Origin: a bacterium
GTDB taxonomy: Bacteria; Zhuqueibacterota; QNDG01; JAGLOF01
DNA: 64,000 nt
Assembly: GCA_016934955.1 (NCBI GenBank)
Contig: JAFGRY010000005.1
Span: 27,967-91,966 of the forward strand
Direction of reading: 5' to 3'
Shown: positions 51,818-59,237 of the stretch, in pieces
Layout: the number at the start of each line of letters is the position of its first letter
Numbering within the stretch: the first letter of the stretch is position 1
The notes under the pieces: model-generated
Database searches by the model: none
What the model was told of the DNA's origin: nothing
Seen by the model: the letters and a program-made list of their open reading frames with translations, nothing else
Program-made: the position numbers and the translations under genes

Positions 51818-53962
51818 CTATTGTATCGAACGGTCAGGATTCGTGGATCTCATCCGGTCCAGTGTCTCGGCTCTCTCAACGGGTTGCATTCTCGCCAGGG
51901 CGTCCGTCCGCTCGGGAATTGCCATCATTCCCAGCGTTTCAACACGAACAGGAAGGGACAGTCTGTCGAGGGTGAACGCCCGAATACCCGGAGCCATCTT
52001 CTCGAGGGAAAGCGCCCGTTCCGACAGCGGCAGTCGCTCCAGCACCAGCGCCCGGTCCGCTATGGCGAGTTTTTCCAGGGCCTCCACTCGTTTCTCAAGC
52101 GCCATCTGTCCCAGCACATCGGCTCTCTCAGGAAACGCCATTTTCTCAAGCGAAAAAACCCTGTTATTAATCGACATTTTCTCGAGCTCGCCGGCACGTT
52201 GTGGAAGCGATAATTTTGCCAGATCTTCATGGAATGCCGCTATACTGGCCATTTTCTCGAGAGTCTCTGTTCTAACTGCCGGAGCGAGCTTATCCAGCGT
52301 TTCTTCACGGAACATCTGAGCCATGCGGTCCAGCGTCTGAGCTCTTTTCTCAAGAGTCAGTTTCTCGAGTGAAGGAATACGATCTGAGATTGCCAGCTTT
52401 TCAAGCACGCCTGCACACTGAGCGACCGGCAGCCTTTCCAGTGTTTCGATCCGTAATTCCGGAGCCATTCTCTCAAGAGCTTCAAACCTTTCTTCTGACG
52501 CCATCTTTTCTAGAGAGAGGGCACGGTCCGGGAGCGATAGTCGGCTCAATGATTCGACCCGGATGGGAATCGACATCTTTTCCAGACTGAGATACCGCAC
52601 CGGCAGAGAGAGTTTCTCGAGCGATTCCACTCTCTTCGGCAATGAGAGTTTTTCCAGTGATTCCACTCTCGAGGCATCACTCATTCTCTCAAGGGCTTCG
52701 CTCCGCTCCACACTCTTCATCCTCTCCAGAGCGGGGATTCTTTGATCCAGTGCCAGTTTTTCCAGAGACAGCGCCCGTTCCCTCACTGCCATTTGCTGCA
52801 ATATATCGGTCCGGCTCTCAAGCGACATTCTTCCCAGACATTCAGCGCGAGGCTCCAACGCCATTCTTTCCAGGGTGGCCGTCTGCACCGGAAGGCTGAG
52901 TTTTTCAAGAGACGAAAGACGAACAGGAAGCGCGAGTCTCTCAAAGGTCAACGCCCGATCGGGCAGACTGAGCTTTTCCAGGGAACTGAAACGCTCTGCA
53001 TCAGCCATTTTTTCCAGAAACATGGTTCTTTGTGTGATCGCCATCCGTTCCAGACATTCATTTCTCAGCGGCAGTGACATCTTATCGAGCGTTGCAGCCC
53101 CGTCAGGCAGAGACAGTTTTTCCAGGGCATAGGTCCGTTCGATCGGTGCCAGTTTTTCCAGGGTCGCCGCTCTTTCTTCAGGAGCCAGTTTTTCCAGACT
53201 CGTCTGATCGGCTTCCAGCCGCTTCATTCTTTCCAGAGTCTCGGTTTTTATCGCCGGGGCCAGTCTCTCCAACGATTCAGCCTGTATGGCCTTTGCCATG
53301 CAATCCAGTGTCAGTGCCCGTTCGGTCGGTGCCATCTTCTGCAAAACGTCCATCCGGTCAGCAGGTGCCATCATTTCCAGGGTTTCCGTACGCCTGGAAA
53401 CGGCCATCTGTTCCAAGTACGGCGAGAGCGGACGAGCGATGCTCATCTTCTCGAGAGTGGACAGCCGTTCTTCCAGGGCCATTTTTTCCAGGGTGAGCAC
53501 CTGATCGGGAAGAGCCAGTTTCTGCAGGATATCAATTCTTTCCGGAAGCGCCAGTTTTTCAAGTGTAAGGGCTCTCTCGACAGGCACCATCCGGGCAAGA
53601 GCCTCATCCCGCTGCGGTACAGCCATTTTCATGAGAACCGCGGCACGATCCTGACTGGACATGCGCCCCAGCTCCTCGGCCCGCTCGGGGGCTGCCATCT
53701 TTTCCAGAGACTCCGCATACTCTTTCAGTGATACGATCTGCGTCGTCTCATCGGTGTGAATGCTTTTGATCACAACGTCAGCGTCGGTAATCTGTTCAGC
53801 ACGAAATTTTTCTGCTTTTTTTGCGCCACCGATGGTACCGCTGACTTCAAGTGACTTGGGCCATGGATAAATCGCCGCTAAATACACCACAACAATAATG
53901 GCCACGACTGACACACCGACAATCAGTCCCCACTGCCGTTTGTTTCTTTCATTCTTACTCAT
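51818..53962 (-). CDS. Membrane-anchored periplasmic protein composed of ~50 tandem 12-residue repeats (unknown family)
   Basis: 714 aa. The start is preceded by GGAAGGAGGAACACC. A basic N-terminus and one TM (WGLIVGVSVVAIIVVVYLAAIY) come first. An uninterrupted LEK[LM]xxPxRxxx array then runs to the C-terminus. Confidence 0.7.
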   Translation of the reverse strand: MSKNERNKRQWGLIVGVSVVAIIVVVYLAAIYPWPKSLEVSGTIGGAKKAEKFRAEQITDADVVIKSIHTDETTQIVSLKEYAESLEKMAAPERAEELGRMSSQDRAAVLMKMAVPQRDEALARMVPVERALTLEKLALPERIDILQKLALPDQVLTLEKMALEERLSTLEKMSIARPLSPYLEQMAVSRRTETLEMMAPADRMDVLQKMAPTERALTLDCMAKAIQAESLERLAPAIKTETLERMKRLEADQTSLEKLAPEERAATLEKLAPIERTYALEKLSLPDGAATLDKMSLPLRNECLERMAITQRTMFLEKMADAERFSSLEKLSLPDRALTFERLALPVRLSSLEKLSLPVQTATLERMALEPRAECLGRMSLESRTDILQQMAVRERALSLEKLALDQRIPALERMKSVERSEALERMSDASRVESLEKLSLPKRVESLEKLSLPVRYLSLEKMSIPIRVESLSRLSLPDRALSLEKMASEERFEALERMAPELRIETLERLPVAQCAGVLEKLAISDRIPSLEKLTLEKRAQTLDRMAQMFREETLDKLAPAVRTETLEKMASIAAFHEDLAKLSLPQRAGELEKMSINNRVFSLEKMAFPERADVLGQMALEKRVEALEKLAIADRALVLERLPLSERALSLEKMAPGIRAFTLDRLSLPVRVETLGMMAIPERTDALARMQPVERAETLDRMRSTNPDRSIQ
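51863..53707 (-). repeat. Degenerate 36-nt (12-codon) in-frame tandem repeat array, ~50 copies
   Basis: Example units are LEKLSLPDRALT, FERLALPVRLSS, LEKLSLPVQTAT, LERMALEPRAEC and LGRMSLESRTDI. On the plus strand this appears as recurring ttttccag / tttctcgag strings. Many shadow ORFs are open in all plus-strand frames. Confidence 0.9.
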
Positions 53963-54067
53963 GGTGTTCCTCCTTCCCGTTTATAATACGATGGTGCACA
54001 TTCTCGTAACACTAACAATACAGCTTCACCGCGAATATGTTGTTACCGATTCCAATTGTTTCAGGCG

Positions 54068-54859
54068 TTAGTGTAGATCATCGAGCGATATCGTCTTCGA
54101 GATGATTACATCCCCCCCTTTCTGTATGTCAAGACGTATTTCCTGCCTGGAGAACGACATTCCTTTAAAAAGAATGAGGCACCTGTACCTGCCGAACGCG
54201 CTAAAAGCTGTGCGATCGACGGTTTTCACAAACGAAAGTCCGGCAGTATCGGGTGACGACACTCCGAAAAAATTGATCGCCTGCGGATTATAGGAAAAGG
54301 TAAGTGTCATCGGTGATGCAGCATCTATATCTACCGTGAACCCGATAATAGTATCGTGAATGCTTGCATCTATGGCCCCGGTAATCCGGTCTTCGTTCAG
54401 TGTCTGAGAAAACAGCGGCTTGAATCCTCCCGATCCATGCAGGCCCACGGTACCCAGAAAATCGTCAGTGACCGGCGCATACTGATCCTCAGCGATCGGC
54501 GCGATAAGTATCAGCATGACTCCGACCGCAACTCCAGCCGTGAACGTAACCACCCGAGCGGGTGAAAAGAGCCGGCTGAATCCGTTGACGGCAGTTTTCT
54601 TACCCGAGGCGGTCGATCGCGCTGCATAGCGGTTGGTATCAATGGAGTTCATGATGGTTTTTATCAAATTGTCGGAAGGATCGGGAGTCGACATCCGGGA
54701 GAGGGTACGGGAGATGGTAAGCTGATGAGTATATTCCCTTTTAGCCTCGGAGTGTCCGGCTGTATAGGAGTCGAGCCATTTTTTCTCGTGGTCCGAAAGG
54801 CCTTGCTCAATCTCCTTTGCCAGCAGTTTTTTAAACCGTCTCTTCGACATATTCTGCAT
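54068..54859 (-). CDS. Putative single-pass membrane anti-sigma factor
   Basis: 263 aa. Its start overlaps the ECF sigma gene end by 20-29 nt (ATG 54859 or 54850). It has a helical N-terminal ~90 aa, one TM (VVTFTAGVAVGVMLILIAPIA), and a ~140-aa extracytoplasmic domain. No zinc HxxxCxxC motif is present. The call rests mainly on position and topology. Confidence 0.5.
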   Translation of the reverse strand: MQNMSKRRFKKLLAKEIEQGLSDHEKKWLDSYTAGHSEAKREYTHQLTISRTLSRMSTPDPSDNLIKTIMNSIDTNRYAARSTASGKKTAVNGFSRLFSPARVVTFTAGVAVGVMLILIAPIAEDQYAPVTDDFLGTVGLHGSGGFKPLFSQTLNEDRITGAIDASIHDTIIGFTVDIDAASPMTLTFSYNPQAINFFGVSSPDTAGLSFVKTVDRTAFSAFGRYRCLILFKGMSFSRQEIRLDIQKGGDVIISKTISLDDLH

Positions 54860-55403
54860 ACCCCTTTTCTATACAGTATTTCCTGATCACTTGCCGGGCC
54901 GAGAAAAGGCGGGACTTCACTCTCTTCTCCGGGATATCCATGATATAAGCAATATCCGCATAGGGCAGTTCGATAAAATATTTCAGGACAATCACTGCTC
55001 TGTATATAGTATCCAGAGAATCTATTGCCGCATGGAGAATGCGGTCACGTTCCCAGGTTTCCACCATCTCGGCGGGCGACCGCCCGGATCCCGCCTGTTC
55101 ATGCTCCAGTGTTCCTGTTTTACAGTTTCGTTCTGCAAAGTTCAGTGCTTCATTGACTGCGATACGGTAGATCCAACTGAAAAACTTATATGTCTGCTTG
55201 TATCGACCGAGATTCTCATACACTTTCAGAAAGACCGACTGGGCAATATCCTCGGCATCATTATAATTATGAACAATCCCGAAGACCAGTTTAAATACCT
55301 GTCGCTGGTACCGTTCAACCAGTATCCTGAACGTTTCCGTGTCACCCTGTAGACAGCGCCGGACACATTCTCTATCAGTCAGTTCTGTCATAAATACAGG
55401 CAC
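54831..55403 (-). CDS. ECF-type (group 4) RNA polymerase sigma-70 family factor
   Basis: 190 aa. Region 2 reads FRILVERYQRQVFKLVFGIVHNYNDAEDIAQSVFLKVYENL..WIYRIAVNEALN. Region 4 reads RAVIVLKYFIELPYADIAYIMDIPEKRVKSRLFSAR. There is no region 3. Confidence 0.9.
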   Translation of the reverse strand: MPVFMTELTDRECVRRCLQGDTETFRILVERYQRQVFKLVFGIVHNYNDAEDIAQSVFLKVYENLGRYKQTYKFFSWIYRIAVNEALNFAERNCKTGTLEHEQAGSGRSPAEMVETWERDRILHAAIDSLDTIYRAVIVLKYFIELPYADIAYIMDIPEKRVKSRLFSARQVIRKYCIEKGYAEYVEETV

Positions 55404-55428
55404 CTTGAAAAAAAGTTGGTCATCGGTG

Positions 55429-55716
55429 TTACCGGTCAGCTATTGAAAAAATCAAGTCGAATCCGGCATAATGGAAAATATCCCGGATATGGTCAGTGAG
55501 ATTGATCAGTTTCAATTCACTGCCGCTTTCCTTGAGCCGTTTCTGGGTTGCCAGCAGCACCCCCAATCCACTGCTGGAGATATATTCCAGCGTGGCAAAA
55601 TCGACGGTTGCGGTTTCCGATACCCGGTCGAACATCTCCAGTGCATACGCTTCCCTGCTGGCGTCAAACCGACCCTCCAGAATCAGCAGATCCTTTTCAA
55701 TGGTGATCTGAAACAT
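55429..55716 (-). CDS. STAS-domain anti-sigma-factor antagonist (RsbV/SpoIIAA-like)
   Basis: 95 aa. The conserved region VDFATLEYISSSGLGVLL contains the phospho-acceptor Ser. It overlaps the upstream kinase gene by 20 nt. Confidence 0.85.
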   Translation of the reverse strand: MFQITIEKDLLILEGRFDASREAYALEMFDRVSETATVDFATLEYISSSGLGVLLATQKRLKESGSELKLINLTDHIRDIFHYAGFDLIFSIADR

Positions 55717-56131
55717 AGGTATTCTCCAGATTTTTTCTCAGGGTGATTATGCTGCGCCTGTTCTCATAGTGGTAATCAACCTCATCCATCAGTTTATGGA
55801 TCAGGGGGATGCCGAGCCCTCCTACTCTCCTCTCCTCTATTTTCTTTTTGAAGTTATATGGCTCGCGCATACGGATATCGAAACGGTCCACATCAGTATC
55901 GATGAGGGTGATCACCAGGACATCCTTATCGCGCACAAGTGATATCGATACCGGATTGTGATTGTTCTTCACATATTTTACCGAGTTGGTAAAGAGTTCC
56001 TCCACTGCAAGATTGACGGCGAACACCGTCCTGGCATCCAGTTCGGCGGTGTGCGCAAATGCATCGATCAGAAGGTTGATATGTTCGAGCGATTCCATGG
56101 TGCGGGGGAACGATGCTGAGACTGATGCCAT
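55697..56131 (-). CDS. Anti-sigma regulatory factor, RsbW/SpoIIAB-like serine protein kinase (HATPase_c_2)
   Basis: 144 aa. The N box reads AVEELFTNSVKYV and the G2-like region GGLGIPLIHKLMDEVDY. Size and layout are typical of partner-switching kinases. Confidence 0.8.
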   Translation of the reverse strand: MASVSASFPRTMESLEHINLLIDAFAHTAELDARTVFAVNLAVEELFTNSVKYVKNNHNPVSISLVRDKDVLVITLIDTDVDRFDIRMREPYNFKKKIEERRVGGLGIPLIHKLMDEVDYHYENRRSIITLRKNLENTYVSDHH

Positions 56132-56791
56132 AGGGACTCCCTGATTCCAGATCTCTTCCGTGTCCGGCAGTAAAATCCCCGGAAGAAAGACATGAACCCC
56201 ATCTCAATATCCACAGCAATGAGGTGGACGGGACGAGATCACGAACACACGTCCTGTCCGGAAACGTGCAGCATACCAGATACATCGTACACCGATCGAT
56301 GCGATTCTGAAAGAGAACCGATACCGGCACAATAACGAGAAACAGGTACAGGGCCAATAAATCGTACACACCGCGGAAGCGAATGAATATGGATATGAAT
56401 ATCAACGATGCATGAACCGCAATCAGCTGCAGTGTTCGATGAATGATACCACTGTATTACCCCGAATGTCCCTTTCCGAAGGATACAGACATCCCGAGGC
56501 AAACAAGATCAACGGCCGTCAGGGCGCAGAACACAGGATGTGTATAGTTGTAATAGGGAAAATATATGTTAAGATACACATTTTTTTATCAAAATCAAAA
56601 TGGTAATATTATTCTATCCGATCTGCATATCCGCCATACAAGGGGGTTTTTCCCACTCCTTTAAGCATGCTGCAGGGGATACTTTTTCTTCATGAGCACC
56701 TGCAGGCGGAGCAGTCCGGACCGGGATTCCTGTTGCCGCTGCAGCGGGGATGAACTCGCCGGTAACGGTCATCTCTGCGACGTCTCATGTC

Positions 56792-59128
56792 TCAATGTTT
56801 TGCGGGAAAATTCATTTTTTGTATCAATTCCTGAAAGCGCGGTTCATCACGCAGCAGATCCCATTTGGGATCGACATTGAGATACACCAGATCCTGCATC
56901 CGCTCCTCCCAGGCAACCTCCAGCCAGTCCAGGGCCCGCTCGGTATCCTCGGCATATGCATAGTAGGCGGCAATGGACAGCGAGTGAGCACGGTTGGAAC
57001 GGGCCTCCAGGGCCTGTGCCACCCGGCGCATGGCTTCCCGGTACCCGCCTTCGCGGTACCCCTGATTGAGGGCGTTGAGAAGATCATCAGAGCCCTTTAT
57101 CTCATATACATTTCGTCTTACGGCAAGCGCTTCGGTGTCATTCCCTCTGAATTGATAGCATTGCGCCAGGTTGCCGAGAGCATCGGTAAAATCGGACTGA
57201 AGTGCGATACTCTCTTTATACTGCTCGATGGCTAGATCATAGCGGCGGGAACGCTTGTATACCTGCCCCAGATAGGCCTGATGCATGGCATTCATCGGAT
57301 CCAGCTGAATGCCTGCTTTCATCTGGGCCTCAGCCTCTTCAAACCGTCCCATTCCGGTCAGGAACAGCCCGTAAAAGATCCGCGCCTGGGCATAATTCGC
57401 ATTAAGCGTCAATGCCTTTTTAAACTCCTCTTCAGCCTTCTCCCAGTCAAATAAATACCAGGTGGCAAACCCCGCCATGCCGTAATGGCCCTCAGCTAGT
57501 GTGCTGTCCAGCTCAAGACAACTTTCCACAGCTGCCTTCCAGTTCGGCATAATCTGCCTGGGAAGCATTCCAAAATATGTCATCGCAGCCCAATACATCG
57601 CAATACCGTGATATGCCGGAGCATAATCCGGATCCTTTTGCAGGGCCAGCTCAAAATATCCCCGTGACAATTCAAGATCCTGTCTGGAGAATTTATTCCA
57701 GTGGAACCGGCCTTTCAGCAAGGCTTCATAAGCATCAGGATCAACCTCCCTTGATCTGGTGAGGCGTTGTTTTTCTTTCTCCGTAACGGTAACGGTGGTA
57801 TTGTGAGCAATCTCCAGTGCCAGCTCGCTGTACAGGTTCAGAACATCACACCTGGCCCGCCTGTAGGTATCTCCCCAGATATTTCGCTCCACCGGGAGCG
57901 CATCGATCAACTGAAGCCGGATGCGGACGGTGTCACCGGCTTCGTAGACCGTGCCCTCCACCAGGGCATCCACTTTCAGCTCCCGGGCGATCTCGGGCAG
58001 AGATTTTACGGTGGTCTTGTACCCCATAATCGATGTCCGTGAGATGATCCGTTTGAATCCCTGAATCTGACCCAGCTGGCCGATCAGCTCATCGGTTACA
58101 CCGTCCGCAAAAAATTCCTTGTCCGGATCACCGGTCATGTTTTTCAGCGGCAGCACCGCAATGGATTCAATCGCATCGGCCCGGCCAGTGCATAGATGAA
58201 TCCCTGACACAGAGAGAATAACAGCAAGCACGGTGAAACTCGTATAGAGGATGACTCTTTTTCTTCTCCGCAGTTTCGCCTTCCTCAGCCGGGACTGAAT
58301 ATCGTCCGGCATGATCCCGGCGTTGATCGACTGCAGATCCTCCAGCAGCTTTTGCATTGTCTGGTAGCGTGCATCAGGACTTTTTTCCAGCGCTTTGCAG
58401 ACCAGCTGCTCCAGCGATTCGGGAATATCCGGATTGACCCGGGAGACCGCTTTCGGCTCTTCATTCAATATTGAATACATCACCGCCTGCTCGTAATCGC
58501 CCCTGAAGGGCCGCTCGCCGGTGAACATCTCGTAGAGGATGACGCCCAGGGCCCAGATGTCCGTGCGATGATCCACCTCCGTGCCCTGCATCTGCTCCGG
58601 CGACATGTAGCCGATGGTGCCCAGGGTCGTGCCCGCCCTGGTCAGCAGGCTGCGGTCGGACAGCTTGGCCAGGCCGAAATCGACGATCTTGACCGTGCCG
58701 TCCCCGGTGATGAGGATATTGGCCGGCTTGATGTCGCGGTGCACGATGCCTTTGGTGTGGGCCTTATCCAACCCCCTGGCGATCTGGACGGCGATCTCCA
58801 TCGCATCCTCAACCGGCAGCGGGCCCCGGCTTATTCTATCCTTTAAGGACTCGCCCTCATAACAGGCCATGGCAATATAGAGCTGACCGTCCTCGCTCTC
58901 ATTGATCTCATAAACGGTGCAGATATTGGGATGATCCAGGGCCGAGGCTGCCTTCGCTTCGTGAATGAAGCGCTGCTTGTCCTCCGGGGATTGGCTCAGA
59001 TGGGGCGGCAGAAACTTGAGGGCCACGAAACGGTCCAGTTTAATGTCAATTGCTTTGTAGACCGTGCCCATCCCGCCGCGGCCTAGTTCTTCGATGATTT
59101 TGTAATGAGATATGGTTTTGCCGATCAT
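56792..59128 (-). CDS. Ser/Thr protein kinase with TM segment, TolB-N-like extracytoplasmic domain and TPR repeats (paralogue 1)
   Basis: The likely start is [26 protein letters not shown] at 59128; the ORF-track extension overlaps the upstream gene. Kinase motifs include [17 protein letters not shown] and [13 protein letters not shown] segment ([16 protein letters not shown]) is followed by [22 protein letters not shown] and then TPR-like repeats. Confidence 0.9.
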   Translation of the reverse strand: MIGKTISHYKIIEELGRGGMGTVYKAIDIKLDRFVALKFLPPHLSQSPEDKQRFIHEAKAASALDHPNICTVYEINESEDGQLYIAMACYEGESLKDRISRGPLPVEDAMEIAVQIARGLDKAHTKGIVHRDIKPANILITGDGTVKIVDFGLAKLSDRSLLTRAGTTLGTIGYMSPEQMQGTEVDHRTDIWALGVILYEMFTGERPFRGDYEQAVMYSILNEEPKAVSRVNPDIPESLEQLVCKALEKSPDARYQTMQKLLEDLQSINAGIMPDDIQSRLRKAKLRRRKRVILYTSFTVLAVILSVSGIHLCTGRADAIESIAVLPLKNMTGDPDKEFFADGVTDELIGQLGQIQGFKRIISRTSIMGYKTTVKSLPEIARELKVDALVEGTVYEAGDTVRIRLQLIDALPVERNIWGDTYRRARCDVLNLYSELALEIAHNTTVTVTEKEKQRLTRSREVDPDAYEALLKGRFHWNKFSRQDLELSRGYFELALQKDPDYAPAYHGIAMYWAAMTYFGMLPRQIMPNWKAAVESCLELDSTLAEGHYGMAGFATWYLFDWEKAEEEFKKALTLNANYAQARIFYGLFLTGMGRFEEAEAQMKAGIQLDPMNAMHQAYLGQVYKRSRRYDLAIEQYKESIALQSDFTDALGNLAQCYQFRGNDTEALAVRRNVYEIKGSDDLLNALNQGYREGGYREAMRRVAQALEARSNRAHSLSIAAYYAYAEDTERALDWLEVAWEERMQDLVYLNVDPKWDLLRDEPRFQELIQKMNFPAKH

Positions 59129-59237
59129 ACGCCATTTCTCACGAAGGCCTTGCGGGATATCGCGTCCCGATACTTCTGGAAAGTACCGCCGCTGGCGTGA
59201 TTTCCCAGGATCGTGTGAAGGTGAACCGCCATGCCTG

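Noticed and set aside
51863-53707. A regular ~36-nt periodicity that could suggest a CRISPR array or a non-coding satellite.
   Set aside because: The period is in frame within one long ORF, a multiple of 3 except for occasional 13-residue units. There are no unique spacers between conserved repeats, every unit is a degenerate copy, and no cas genes are present. It is a protein-coding tandem repeat.
55926-56405. A 159-aa minus-strand ORF with a hydrophobic N-terminus (MIFISIFIRFRGVYDLLALYLFLVIVPVSVLF), a possible small membrane protein upstream of the rsbW-like gene.
   Set aside because: It starts at TTG and runs 206 nt into the rsbW-like gene in another frame. Its remainder is Cys/Arg/Ser-rich and not protein-like. 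There is no supporting motif.
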